DNA of 41,454 bases from an uncultured Candidatus Peribacteria bacterium (lineage in GTDB: Bacteria > Patescibacteriota > Gracilibacteria > UBA1369 > LOWO2-01-FULL-3): positions 1-41,454 of the forward strand of contig CAZCLD010000006.1 of the NCBI GenBank assembly GCA_964499425.1, given 5' to 3'. The translations under genes were made by a program, and so were the position numbers. This document shows, piece after piece, positions 16,797 through 27,136 of this stretch. The notes under the pieces are model-generated. The model had not been told where the DNA came from. It saw nothing but the letters and a program-made list of their open reading frames with translations, and did no database searches. Position 1 is the first letter of the stretch. Every line of letters begins with the position of its first letter.

Positions 16797-18794
16797 ATGT
16801 TTAACCGATTTTTGGCCTCAAGTGTTGCTTTTGTTCTATTCTTTTCACTATTTGCTCAGAATTTGAGCTTTGCTTTAAATCCTTTTGCCATTGGATTGTC
16901 TTTTAGATCCGAAATTGAATCTCCAAATGCATTTACTGTGTTTGATTTGAAAAATTTTGTTGTAGACGCCTGGTACGAAGATGATAGTGTTTTTGATTTA
17001 CCTGATAATGCTCAACTGATTGTCCAAGATGGTGATGTACAGTTGTTTGCTGTGCTAACAAATGAGGAGGGAGAAGAAATAGATAGGAGAGAATTGTATT
17101 TGGACCATCCTTACCTTGAGCTTACGGAGGGAGGAAAAAAATTATTGGTTACTTACAATGCTTTGGATTTGATGGAAAATGGTGTGAATACTGCGTCTGG
17201 TGTATATAAGTTTGAGATTGTTGATGGTAATAATGATGATGAAATTGTAGCTCAAAGCAATTTTTTCATCGCTAAACCACCGGCTGTTGATAAGATTAAT
17301 CTTGATAGAAAGATTGCGAAAAAGGGGATGGAAGTCCGTTTTAATTTAGAATCTACTGAGGAAACTGTGCCGTATGTTCCTCTTTCTTACGCCTACCCTG
17401 GATTGGATTTGACCAACAGGGATTATTTGCCTGATGATACTGATATAACTGTCTATGATGAAGAAATTAATCTGGTTGCTAGCTTGAAAAGCTCTGATAT
17501 TTCCTGGAATTCTGATGGCACTTATAGCTATTTTGCAGATGATGGTGATGGGGAGTTTATGTTGATGGTTACTAATCGTTTGGGAGATAGTTTTACTGAT
17601 GACTTTACTGTTGAAAAGGCTTATGTGATGGATATTTTGGTGGATCCTAATCCGGCATCTTTGGGTGATGTGATTGGGTTTAATCTATCTTATATGGATG
17701 AGCTTTCGTTTGAATTGCCGATTGTATCTGGTTCTCCTTTTGATGTTGAAGGTAATATTGTTTGGGAGAATTTTGATGAGGAATTCCTTTATAAGTTTGT
17801 GATTTATGAGAAGGCTGAGGAAGTGTCTTTGGTTGATACTAAATATCTTTACATAAATAATGCAGACACCGAAATTGAGCCTTATGATTTTATTGATACG
17901 GAGATTGATACTGTAGTTTCTAATCTAAAAGCTGGCCAGGAATATATAGCTCAGATTCAGCTTGAAACCCCAGATCAATCATTTGTGTTAGGGAGAAGTG
18001 ATTTTAAGTTGAATGAAGCTAAGCCGGCAAAAGAGGTGGCTGAGGCTTTTGTATTACCTGGTGAGGAGAAAGAGCTGTTTATGGTGGCTGCTGATGAGGC
18101 TATGATGGAAGCTGCTGATGAGGCTGCCGATGAGGCTATAGTGGATGATGCCGAAGATGATCCTGTCCAGATTTCCATACGATGTATGGATGTATTTGAA
18201 GATTACTGGGCTTATTCAATAATTAATGCCTTGCTTGATATTGGCAATTATCCGATTCAGATAGAAGAGGGTGGGTTTGTTTGTCGTCCTCTTCAAGATG
18301 TTTCTAGGAAACAATTTACTGCATGGTTGCTTAAGGCTTATAGGCCTGAGGATTTTGCAAAAGTTGCAGATATGAATATTGATGATGTGCACGTGCCTTT
18401 TCCTGATTTGGATATAGATGATCCTTATACTCCTTATATCGCTAGGGCAGCTGAATTAGATATTATTCATGGCCATCCGGATGGGACTTTTAGGCCTGAT
18501 TTGCAAATAAATAGAGCTGAGGTTTTGAAGATTTTGCTAAGATCTTCTGAACTTTTCGAAGGTCTTGATGATGAATTACTTGATTTGGAATTAAATCATC
18601 CTGGGAGTGAGCCGGTTGAGCGCTTTAGTGATGTGTATGATGATCAATGGTACTATTCTTATCTCTACTTTGGTGTTGTAAATGAGATTATTGAGGGATA
18701 TCAAGATGGTAGTGCGAAGATGGAACAAGGCATTATATTTGGTGAAGCTGCCAAAATCTTGTATTTGGCGCAGAAATTGCAGGGGATCGTTTAG
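16797..18794 (+). CDS. acidic secreted surface protein with C-terminal SLH repeats
   Basis: Signal peptide; FPDL..YIARAAELDIIHGHPDGTFRPDLQINRAE, FSDV..WYY..IIEGYQDG and one degenerate copy. Confidence 0.85.
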   Translation: MFNRFLASSVAFVLFFSLFAQNLSFALNPFAIGLSFRSEIESPNAFTVFDLKNFVVDAWYEDDSVFDLPDNAQLIVQDGDVQLFAVLTNEEGEEIDRRELYLDHPYLELTEGGKKLLVTYNALDLMENGVNTASGVYKFEIVDGNNDDEIVAQSNFFIAKPPAVDKINLDRKIAKKGMEVRFNLESTEETVPYVPLSYAYPGLDLTNRDYLPDDTDITVYDEEINLVASLKSSDISWNSDGTYSYFADDGDGEFMLMVTNRLGDSFTDDFTVEKAYVMDILVDPNPASLGDVIGFNLSYMDELSFELPIVSGSPFDVEGNIVWENFDEEFLYKFVIYEKAEEVSLVDTKYLYINNADTEIEPYDFIDTEIDTVVSNLKAGQEYIAQIQLETPDQSFVLGRSDFKLNEAKPAKEVAEAFVLPGEEKELFMVAADEAMMEAADEAADEAIVDDAEDDPVQISIRCMDVFEDYWAYSIINALLDIGNYPIQIEEGGFVCRPLQDVSRKQFTAWLLKAYRPEDFAKVADMNIDDVHVPFPDLDIDDPYTPYIARAAELDIIHGHPDGTFRPDLQINRAEVLKILLRSSELFEGLDDELLDLELNHPGSEPVERFSDVYDDQWYYSYLYFGVVNEIIEGYQDGSAKMEQGIIFGEAAKILYLAQKLQGIV

Positions 18795-20287
18795 ATTTTG
18801 CCCTCAACTAGCTTCTCAATGACTTCCGTTTTCTTATGTAGAGATGAGAGCATTTTTTTGCAGCTATCTGTCATATCTTTAACTGCTTTTTTGCTGGTCA
18901 TCTCTTTGAGGTTGATTCTCACGTTAAGTATTGCTCCTTTGACAGCTGCTTCAACGAGATGGAGGGCAACGCCTATGTCGGTAATGGCGTTTGGGTTACC
19001 ACTCTGTGCAAGAGTCTTTAGAGGGTCTAGAAGCTTTAGTGCTGTCTCGGCTGTTTCTAGTGGTGTTTGAGCAGCTTGTTTTAGAGCTTTTTGTATAGTT
19101 GCTGGCTTTCCTTCTTTGTATGCTTTTCCCACAAGTTTATAGGCCTCTGCGTCTTCATCTATCAATTTGTAAAGTTTGTTGCGGAGATCTTCTGTCTTGA
19201 TGACTTCTTTTTCCATTTGTGCGTGTACTTTCTTGTATTTGTCGCGAGCGAGGGTTAGATTTGCGACCATTGAGCTTAAAGCTGCTGCAAGTGAGCCTGC
19301 TAGTGCTGAAACTGAGCCACCTCCAGGGATAGGTTTCTTTGAGGCAACAGTTTCGATGAATTCGTCTAAATACTGTCTGCCTTTGGTCATCTTTTTTGCC
19401 AGAATGTTTTCTAGAATTTGCTTATTCTTGAAGTCATTTATTTGAAGATAGTATTTTGCTGCTCTTACCAGTGCTGCTTCTGGTATTAGGCCTATTACTT
19501 CGCTTTCTAGGACATGAACACCATATCTTTGTGCCTCTCTTTTGATTGCTTCAAAGACGTGATGAACATTACTTTCCTTGTAGTTGGTGAGATTCATTGA
19601 AACTTGTACGATGCCACGGTCTTCTAGCTCAAATCCCATGGCTTTTACATTCTTGAATCCGCCTGTTTTAAAACGTACGGTTTTTGCTATAGCTTTGGCT
19701 ATTTTGAGGTCGTTCGTAGCGAGATTTACGTTGTATGCGACTAATGGTGGCCGCGCTCCTACTCCAGTGATTCCAGCTTTTCCTAGTTTTGCGGGACCAA
19801 AATCTGGTTTTCGTTTGGGGTCTTTTCCAATTTCTTTCTTGATGCCTTCATATTGCCCTCTTCGTACGTCTGCGAGATTTTGTCTCTCAGGTTTACGAGC
19901 GGCATCTTCATAAAGATAAATTGGGACTTTTAGTTCTTTTCCAATACGTTCGCCTAATTCTTCTGCGTACTTTATGCACTCTGACTTTTTTACCCCTTTA
20001 ATTGGCACTAAAGGGCATACATCAGTTGCCCCCATGCGGGGATGTTCTCCTTTGTGTTTGTCTAAATCAATCAGCTCTGCGGCTTTTTTTATTGCTTGAA
20101 AAGCAGCCTCAAGCACTGGTTTTGGCTCTCCTGCGAAGGTCACTACTGATCTGTTGTGAGCAGGATCGCTTTCGTAGTCGAGTAAGAACACACCAGGGAC
20201 ATCTGTAATTGCTTTCAAAATTTTGTCTATCTTCTTTTGATCGCGGCCTTCAGAGAAGTTAGGTATACATTCTATTATTTTTTTCAT
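18791..20287 (-). CDS. ftcd: bifunctional glutamate formiminotransferase / formiminotetrahydrofolate cyclodeaminase
   Basis: IECIPNFSEGR, HNRSVVT, GEHPRMGATDV, VQVSMNL; C-terminal PIPGGGSVSALAG, GNPNAITD, NVRINL. Confidence 0.95.
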   Translation of the reverse strand: MKKIIECIPNFSEGRDQKKIDKILKAITDVPGVFLLDYESDPAHNRSVVTFAGEPKPVLEAAFQAIKKAAELIDLDKHKGEHPRMGATDVCPLVPIKGVKKSECIKYAEELGERIGKELKVPIYLYEDAARKPERQNLADVRRGQYEGIKKEIGKDPKRKPDFGPAKLGKAGITGVGARPPLVAYNVNLATNDLKIAKAIAKTVRFKTGGFKNVKAMGFELEDRGIVQVSMNLTNYKESNVHHVFEAIKREAQRYGVHVLESEVIGLIPEAALVRAAKYYLQINDFKNKQILENILAKKMTKGRQYLDEFIETVASKKPIPGGGSVSALAGSLAAALSSMVANLTLARDKYKKVHAQMEKEVIKTEDLRNKLYKLIDEDAEAYKLVGKAYKEGKPATIQKALKQAAQTPLETAETALKLLDPLKTLAQSGNPNAITDIGVALHLVEAAVKGAILNVRINLKEMTSKKAVKDMTDSCKKMLSSLHKKTEVIEKLVEGKI

Positions 20288-20327
20288 AATTTTATGTTAG
20301 AGTTTTAGCACTTTTTTAGGGAGGAAT

Positions 20328-21857
20328 ATGAAAACACTTGAATTAACAGGGGATAACTTAACTTTAGAGAATATTGAAGAAGTTGCAAGAGGTTTTCGGG
20401 TAGTCAAGCTTTCTGCTAGGGCAATTTCAAATGTGAAGAAGTCGCGCAAAATTGTTAAGGACTGTGTAGAGGGGAAAGACACCCATTATGGGCTTAATAC
20501 TGGATTTGGTGATCTCTGTGATGTAAAAATTTCCTCTAAAGATCTTAGGAAATTGCAATCAAATTTAATACGTAGTCATTCAGTTGGAGTTGGGGATTTT
20601 TTGTCGCGGGAAGTTGTGCGTGGGGTCATGCTTATAAGAATAAATACCTTGATACAGGGGAATTCGGGGGTTCGATTGAAACTTGTGCAGTTATTGGTGG
20701 ATTTTTTGAATAAGGGTGTACATCCGGCTATCCCGGCGCAGGGATCGGTTGGTTCCAGCGGGGATTTGGCGCCTTTGGCGCACATGTCGTTGCCTTTAAT
20801 TGGAGAAGGAGATGTTTTTGTTGATGATAAGATGATAAGTACCGAAAAGGCTTTGAAAAAATTCGGGCTTAAGTCCATTGAGCTTAGGGCAAAAGAGGGG
20901 GTGGCCTTGATTAATGGGACTGCGGTCATGTGTGCCGTGGGTGTTTTGGCTTTGTTAGATGCGGAGAGGTTGCTGAAAATGGCGGATATCTCTGGGGCTA
21001 TGAGTCTTGAGGCTTTGAAGGGGGTTGATGGATTCTTGAGAAAAGAAATTCATGAGATGAGGCCACATAAAGGACAAATTGATTCTGCTGCAAATATGCG
21101 AAAATTGATTAAAGGTAGTGGGATTCTGGCTGAGTATAGACATTCTGGTAAGGTGCAAGACGCTTATTCGATTCGGTGTATGCCACAGGTACATGGGGCG
21201 AGTCGAGATTCTTTTGCTCATGTAAGGGAGGCGCTTGAAATTGAGGTTAACTCTGTTACTGATAATCCTCTTGTTATCCCTGAAACAGGCGAAATACTGT
21301 CTGGTGGGAATTTTCATGGTCAGCCTATTGCATTTGTAATGGATTTTTTGGGAATTGCTCTGGCTGAAGTTGCAAATATAGCTGAATCTCGTGTTTCGCG
21401 ATTGATTAATTCTAGGTATTCGGATTTACCTCCTTTTTTGGTGCAGGATAGCGGTCTCAATTCTGGGTTTATGGTTGCTCAATATACGGTTGCGGCTCTT
21501 GTTTCAGAGAACAAGGTGCTTTGTCATCCGGCGAGTGTGGATAGTATCCCCACATGTGCTGGGCAGGAAGATCATGTGAGCATGGGAACTATTGCTGCAA
21601 GGAAGGCTCGTGAGATTGTTAAGAATGTTACCACTGTAATCGCGATTGAATTTATGGCTGCAACGCAGGGATTGGATTTTCTTGATCCTCTAAGGTCCAG
21701 TAAGCCACTTGAGGCTGTGCGTAAGGTGATACGTAAGGATGTTCGAAATTTGAAGGAAGATAGAAGAATGGATTTGGATATTGCTGCGGTGGTAGAGTTG
21801 ATGAAGGAGAGGAAGATAATTGAGACTGTAGAAAAAATTGTTGGAAATTTGTTATAA
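20328..21857 (+). CDS. hutH: histidine ammonia-lyase
   Basis: [50 protein letters not shown]; SD AGGGAGG. Confidence 0.96.
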   Translation: MKTLELTGDNLTLENIEEVARGFRVVKLSARAISNVKKSRKIVKDCVEGKDTHYGLNTGFGDLCDVKISSKDLRKLQSNLIRSHSVGVGDFLSREVVRGVMLIRINTLIQGNSGVRLKLVQLLVDFLNKGVHPAIPAQGSVGSSGDLAPLAHMSLPLIGEGDVFVDDKMISTEKALKKFGLKSIELRAKEGVALINGTAVMCAVGVLALLDAERLLKMADISGAMSLEALKGVDGFLRKEIHEMRPHKGQIDSAANMRKLIKGSGILAEYRHSGKVQDAYSIRCMPQVHGASRDSFAHVREALEIEVNSVTDNPLVIPETGEILSGGNFHGQPIAFVMDFLGIALAEVANIAESRVSRLINSRYSDLPPFLVQDSGLNSGFMVAQYTVAALVSENKVLCHPASVDSIPTCAGQEDHVSMGTIAARKAREIVKNVTTVIAIEFMAATQGLDFLDPLRSSKPLEAVRKVIRKDVRNLKEDRRMDLDIAAVVELMKERKIIETVEKIVGNLL

Positions 21858-21859
21858 AT

Positions 21860-23548
21860 ATGAAAAGAAGACCACTTCATTTGAGGGAGAAACCAAAAGG
21901 AAATGTTCGTGCCAAGACTGGCTCTGTGCTGCGTTGTAAATCTTGGGAAGCGGAAGCTGCTTTAAGAATGCTTGAAAATAATATTGATCCGCGAGTTGCA
22001 CTTATCCCTGATGAGTTGATTGTTTATGGTGGAGCAGGGCGGGCTGCTCGTAATTGGCGAGAATACAATACCATTGTGAAGTCTCTCAAAAGTCTCGCAC
22101 CGGATGAAACTATGCTTGTGCAGTCTGGGAAAGCAGTGGGAGTGCTTCGTACATATGAGCACGCACCTCGAGTGTTGATAGCTAATTCTAATATTGTGCC
22201 AGCATGGAGTACTCAAGAAAACTTTGATGAGTATGATCGGCTTGGTTTGACGATGTATGGGCAGATGACTGCCGGTAGTTGGATTTATATCGGTACTCAA
22301 GGCATTCTCCAAGGGACTTATGAAACTTTTGCGGCTTTAGCTGATAGATACTTTGGAGGAACTTTAAAGGGTCGGTGGGTTGTGACCGGTGGTTTGGGTG
22401 GAATGAGCGGTGCCCAACCCCATTCTGTGACTATGAATGAGGGAGTTGCTTTGATTATTGAGTCTATTGGAGAGAGAGTTGCTCAAAAAGTGAAAGAGGG
22501 TTATTTGGACAAGATGACTGATGATTTTGATGAGGCAGTTTCAATGGTTAAGGATGCTGTCAAGAATGGGGAAGCTTTGTCTGTTGGATTGGTCGGGAAT
22601 ACAGCTACTGTTTTACCCAAGTTGGTGAGCAAAGGGATGATTCCTGACATAGTGACTGATCAAACTTCTGCGCATGATCTAATGAGTTATTGGCCAGAGG
22701 GGGATATTGAGAAAGCCAAGAAAATGCAAATTTCAAACCCAAAGGAATTTCAAAAAGGTGCGCTTAAAGCGATTGTGAAGCACACTAAAGCTATTTTGGA
22801 TATGCAAAAAAAAGGTGCGATTGCTTTTGATTATGGAAATAATCTGCGTGGTCAAGCGGAGCTAGGGGGGTTGAAGATTAGAGATGCGAAGGGAGATTTC
22901 TTATATCCGGGATTTGTGCCTGCTTATATTCGTCCACTTTTCTGTGAGGGGAAAGGCCCTTTTCGTTGGGCGGCACTTTCTGGTGACCCGAATGATATTC
23001 TTAGAATCGATGAGGAATTGCTCAAAACTTTTCCAAAAGATATAGCTTTGAAAAGGTGGATAACTTTGGCGCAGGAGAAAGTGCCATTTATTGGTTTGCC
23101 TACTCGTGTTTGTTGGCTTGGATATGGTGATAGGGCCAAGTTTGGTTTAAAGATTAATGAATTGGTTCGCAAAGGAGTTGTGAAGGGGCCTATTGTAATT
23201 GGTAGAGATCATTTGGATTGTGGTTCTGTGGCATCTCCTAATCGTGAAACTGAAGGAATGAAGGATGGAAGTGATGCAATTGCCGACTGGCCGCTTTTAA
23301 ACGCTCTTGCGAATACTGCTTGTGGAGCAGACTGGATTTCTATTCATAATGGTGGGGGAGTGGGTATTGGTAATTCAACCCATGCTGGTATGGTGGTTGT
23401 GGCTACTGGGACTAAGGAAAAGGCGTTGAGACTTGAGAGAGTACTTACATCTGACCCTGGGCTTGGTATTATGAGGCACGCAGATGCGGGGTATAAGAAA
23501 GCAAAAGATGTTGCCGCGAAAAAGAAGGTGAAGATTCCTAATTTATAA
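21860..23548 (+). CDS. hutU: urocanate hydratase
   Basis: [66 protein letters not shown]. Confidence 0.98.
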   Translation: MKRRPLHLREKPKGNVRAKTGSVLRCKSWEAEAALRMLENNIDPRVALIPDELIVYGGAGRAARNWREYNTIVKSLKSLAPDETMLVQSGKAVGVLRTYEHAPRVLIANSNIVPAWSTQENFDEYDRLGLTMYGQMTAGSWIYIGTQGILQGTYETFAALADRYFGGTLKGRWVVTGGLGGMSGAQPHSVTMNEGVALIIESIGERVAQKVKEGYLDKMTDDFDEAVSMVKDAVKNGEALSVGLVGNTATVLPKLVSKGMIPDIVTDQTSAHDLMSYWPEGDIEKAKKMQISNPKEFQKGALKAIVKHTKAILDMQKKGAIAFDYGNNLRGQAELGGLKIRDAKGDFLYPGFVPAYIRPLFCEGKGPFRWAALSGDPNDILRIDEELLKTFPKDIALKRWITLAQEKVPFIGLPTRVCWLGYGDRAKFGLKINELVRKGVVKGPIVIGRDHLDCGSVASPNRETEGMKDGSDAIADWPLLNALANTACGADWISIHNGGGVGIGNSTHAGMVVVATGTKEKALRLERVLTSDPGLGIMRHADAGYKKAKDVAAKKKVKIPNL

Positions 23549-23550
23549 TA

Positions 23551-24729
23551 ATGAAATCTCTTTTAATCAAAAATTGTGGGCAGCTTCTGACCATGCGAGG
23601 TAAGGGACTTGGGATGATCAAAAATGGGTTTGTTTATTGTGAAGATGGAGAGGTAGTCAAAGTTGGTAAGGGACGGGCTCCGAGGGCAGATAAGACGATT
23701 GATGCTGAGGGGAAAGTTGTGATGCCAGGTTTGATTGATTGTCATACTCACGCGGTTTTTGCGGGATCAAGAGCGAATGAGTTTAAGATGAAGCTTGAGG
23801 GCAAGTCATATCTTGACATTCTAAAGTCTGGCGGAGGGATTCATAGTACTGTTAAGGCTACAAGGAAGGCTACTAAGGCTGAGCTTCTCACGGGTGTTCT
23901 TGGTCATCTTAAAGATATGCGCAAATATGGAGTTACGACTGTTGAGATAAAAAGTGGTTATGGTCTTGATTTAAAGACAGAGCTTAAGATCTTGGAAGTA
24001 GCAAAAGAGGCCGGGAAAAAGCAGCCAGTGAGTGTAATGACAACATTTTTGGGGGCTCATACTTCTCCTCGGGGAGAAAGTTCGCGCAAATATCTGAAAT
24101 TTGTGATGAATGAAGTTTTACCTAATGTTGAGGCTGATTTTGTAGACGTCTTTTGTGAGAAGGGTGCATTTACATTGAGACAGTCGCGCAAATTTCTCAA
24201 AAAAGCGAAGGCAATGGGTTTCAAATTAAAGATTCATGCTGAGCAAATCAATCGACTAGGTGGGGCAAAGATGGCGGCCAAACTGGGGGCGGTTAGTTGT
24301 GATCACTGTGATCGTTTGTCGAAAGGGGATATCAAAAAACTGGCGCAGACTGATACTGTTGCGGTGCTTTTACCTATAGTTCCACTATATACTCGTGAAG
24401 ATGTTTATGCTGATGGTCGTGCATTGATTGATGCGGGCATAAAGGTTGCTATTTCGACTGATTTCAATCCCGGTTCTGCTCCTTCCAAAAATATATATTT
24501 GGCGATAAGTTTGGCTTGTTTAGAAATGGGTTTAACTGTGGAGGAATCTCTGAGAGGAGTTACGGTGAATGCGGCCAAGGCCTTGGCTCTTAATGATCGA
24601 GGGGTTTTAGCTAAGGGAAAAAGGGCGGATATTGTTTTGATGAGTACTGAAGATTATCAGGAGATCCCTTATTTTGTTGGAGAGAACTTGGTGAAGAAAG
24701 TTTTCGTTGGAGGAAGAGGTAGACTCTGA
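23551..24729 (+). CDS. hutI: imidazolonepropionase
   Basis: PGLIDCHTH, GGGIHSTV, EIKSGYGL, DVFCEKG, KIHAEQ, STDFNPGS. Confidence 0.97.
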   Translation: MKSLLIKNCGQLLTMRGKGLGMIKNGFVYCEDGEVVKVGKGRAPRADKTIDAEGKVVMPGLIDCHTHAVFAGSRANEFKMKLEGKSYLDILKSGGGIHSTVKATRKATKAELLTGVLGHLKDMRKYGVTTVEIKSGYGLDLKTELKILEVAKEAGKKQPVSVMTTFLGAHTSPRGESSRKYLKFVMNEVLPNVEADFVDVFCEKGAFTLRQSRKFLKKAKAMGFKLKIHAEQINRLGGAKMAAKLGAVSCDHCDRLSKGDIKKLAQTDTVAVLLPIVPLYTREDVYADGRALIDAGIKVAISTDFNPGSAPSKNIYLAISLACLEMGLTVEESLRGVTVNAAKALALNDRGVLAKGKRADIVLMSTEDYQEIPYFVGENLVKKVFVGGRGRL

Positions 24730-24732
24730 TTT

Positions 24733-25134
24733 TTACTCATTCGTTTCAGTTTCATAATATATCGGCTCTCCTCCGTCTTTGCATTTGGCGCTGTTTTTGC
24801 TGATCAATGCGGTTGCCTCTTCGTTGTTTTCGTATTTTTTTAGGATGTTGATCATGGTTGCGTCGTCCTCGACTGGTAAATACCACTTTGCGTACATTTC
24901 GTTGAGTCTCACTTCTGCAATTTCTGGTTGAAGTAAGAGAGTATCATCTTTGAATATTTCACAAGTGAAGTCGGTATTGGCGTTTACGAAAGCTGAAAAA
25001 TACTCCGTTTCTGATTCGAGGACTTTGTTTCTGAAATTGCAGCTCTTAAAACTAAGGAGAAGAATAATTATGATGATGATCGCAATTATTATTCCAATGA
25101 TTTTGCCCTTTTTGTTCCCTCCTTCTTCTTCCAT
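24733..25134 (-). CDS. membrane-anchored hypothetical protein
   Basis: Ile-rich N-terminal TM followed by KSC; three Cys. Confidence 0.75.
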   Translation of the reverse strand: MEEEGGNKKGKIIGIIIAIIIIIILLLSFKSCNFRNKVLESETEYFSAFVNANTDFTCEIFKDDTLLLQPEIAEVRLNEMYAKWYLPVEDDATMINILKKYENNEEATALISKNSAKCKDGGEPIYYETETNE

Positions 25135-25170
25135 GAGGTTAGTTTGAAGGTTTTTAATTTTTTATTCAAT

Positions 25171-25196
25171 AAAAAAAAGTCCTGGGTAGGACTTTT
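25171..25196 (-). terminator. intrinsic terminator after the TPR gene
   Basis: AAAAGTCCT-4 nt-AGGACTTTT perfect inverted repeat with U8 tail on the minus strand. Confidence 0.75.
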
Positions 25197-25213
25197 AGTG
25201 TTGTTTTTTGTTT

Positions 25214-25828
25214 CTATTTTTTGCTCTTTTTTTTCTTCTTCTTCAATTTATCAAATTCTCTTTGGAAGAATCTTACAGCGTTTAAACATTCTTTCGCCTT
25301 TTGGTTGTCTGGCTCGACTTGGAGAGTTTTTTTGAATAGCATTGCTGCTCTTTCAAAATTTTTGTCGTTCAAATAGCAGACGCCAAGGTCGTTTAATATT
25401 AGTGGGTCATTTGGAGCAAGGAATAGAGATCTTTCAAGAAGAATGATTCCTCTTTTTCTTTGTCCGTGGTGATACATGCTCCATCCTAAACATCTTAGGA
25501 TTTCTGGATGATTAGGATAGACTTTGTCAGCTGACTCAAGTAGGACAACAGACTCTTTCCATTTTCCGGTGCATGAAAACACAAATCCTAGTAAGTAATT
25601 CGCGTTAGCACTTTTCTTATTTAGTTTGATTGCGTGTTTGAGTGCCTTCTCAGCCTTGTCATATTTTCGAAGACTCAAATAATTATCTCCTATTTCTTCA
25701 TAGGCTTCCACGCATTTTAGATCACTTGTCAGAATTCTTTCACAGAGCTTGATAGCTTCAAGGTGTTTTCCCTCATTCTTTTTTTTGTCTGCCTCTTCGA
25801 TGAGAGGATGAAGTTTTTGTTCTGACAT
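25214..25828 (-). CDS. tetratricopeptide repeat protein
   Basis: Repeated A..LG..Y...A....P units; Lys-rich tail. Confidence 0.88.
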   Translation of the reverse strand: MSEQKLHPLIEEADKKKNEGKHLEAIKLCERILTSDLKCVEAYEEIGDNYLSLRKYDKAEKALKHAIKLNKKSANANYLLGFVFSCTGKWKESVVLLESADKVYPNHPEILRCLGWSMYHHGQRKRGIILLERSLFLAPNDPLILNDLGVCYLNDKNFERAAMLFKKTLQVEPDNQKAKECLNAVRFFQREFDKLKKKKKKSKK

Positions 25829-25880
25829 ATTTTTTTTGTTTTTGGTTTTTTGTAATTAAGCCATTGTACCCGAATTAATT

Positions 25881-26738
25881 TTAAAAATCAAGTGCCCGTA
25901 AATACTTTTTCATCTGGGATCGGAATTTTGTGCTTTTGGTAGCGAAATAAACTACTGCTTTTAAGTAGCCTAATTTGTCGCCAGTATCGAATCTCTGACC
26001 TTCGATATTGTAACCATGAATAGGAGCGTCCTTTATATAGGTTCGTAAACCATCGATTAAACGTAGCTCTTTATCCCTTGTTGCGGACTTAGATTTTGCC
26101 AGAGTTTTTAGAAGTCCTGGAGTGAGAATGTACTTGCCGATGATGGCCATACTGGAAGGGGCTTTGGATGGTTTCTCAACGAGTGTCTTTATCTTTATCG
26201 CTTTGTCTATTTTTGTGCCAGTTACCATGCCGTATTTTTTGCAATCTCTCTTTTCTATTTTGTGGAGTCCTATAATAGGTGTTTTGAATCTTTGATATTG
26301 TTTAATGAGTTGGGCGGTGGCTGGAGTCTTGGAGTCGTACAGATCGTCTCCAAATAGAACAGCGCATGGTTCCTTATTAATGAGGTGTTTAGCTTGAAGA
26401 ATTGCGTGACCGTCTCCATTTTGTTGTCGTTGAATTACGAACTTAAATTTTGCGAGCTTTTCTATTCTTTCAATTTCTTTTAGCTCGGCCTTCATCCCTT
26501 TCTTTTTGAGTTTGTCTTTTAACTTTGGTGATGGGCTGAAATGATTTTTGATGGATTTGTCGTGAGCGTTGATTATGAAAATGATTTCTTTAACTCCGCT
26601 TTTGACGGCTTCTTCGACCAAATATTGAATGCATGGTTTATCAACAATCGGTAGCATTTCTTTGGCTTGGGCTTTGGTGGCTGGAAGAAATCTGGTTCCA
26701 AGTCCTGCGGCCAGAATGATTGCTTTTGAGATTTTCAT
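25881..26738 (-). CDS. galU: UTP-glucose-1-phosphate uridylyltransferase
   Basis: KAIILAAGLGTRFLPATKAQAKEMLPIVDKP, LVEKP, RFDTGDKLGY. Confidence 0.9.
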   Translation of the reverse strand: MKISKAIILAAGLGTRFLPATKAQAKEMLPIVDKPCIQYLVEEAVKSGVKEIIFIINAHDKSIKNHFSPSPKLKDKLKKKGMKAELKEIERIEKLAKFKFVIQRQQNGDGHAILQAKHLINKEPCAVLFGDDLYDSKTPATAQLIKQYQRFKTPIIGLHKIEKRDCKKYGMVTGTKIDKAIKIKTLVEKPSKAPSSMAIIGKYILTPGLLKTLAKSKSATRDKELRLIDGLRTYIKDAPIHGYNIEGQRFDTGDKLGYLKAVVYFATKSTKFRSQMKKYLRALDF

Positions 26739-27136
26739 TTCTTTGAAACCTTAATTTTGATGATCTTGGTGTGCTCCTTTTCTGTTTTGGGAATTCTGAT
26801 TTCTAGGACACCTAGATCGAAGCTCGCGGAGATATTTTTGCCATCGGCTTCGTCTGGCAAAACAATGGATCTTGAGAATGATCCCCAGAAGCACTCTTTT
26901 GTATAGTAATTTTCCTCTGGTACTTCTTCCCCTAGTTTTCTTTCTCCTCTAATTACCAGGACATCGTCAGTGACTGATATTTTGATGTCTTCCTTAGTGA
27001 TGCCGGCAACTGGTGCGAGAAGCACGATTTCATTATCGGTGTGGTAGATATCCACTGATAGTTGGCCGACCTCTTTTTTAATCGGCTGTGCTTTGTCGCT
27101 GTAGATTGGATGGATTTTTATACTGCTTGATTTCAT
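26735..27136 (-). CDS. Hsp20/alpha-crystallin small heat-shock protein
   Basis: VDIY..., LVIRGER, ECFWGSFSRSIVLP, GVLEIRIPK. Confidence 0.92.
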   Translation of the reverse strand: MKSSSIKIHPIYSDKAQPIKKEVGQLSVDIYHTDNEIVLLAPVAGITKEDIKISVTDDVLVIRGERKLGEEVPEENYYTKECFWGSFSRSIVLPDEADGKNISASFDLGVLEIRIPKTEKEHTKIIKIKVSKK

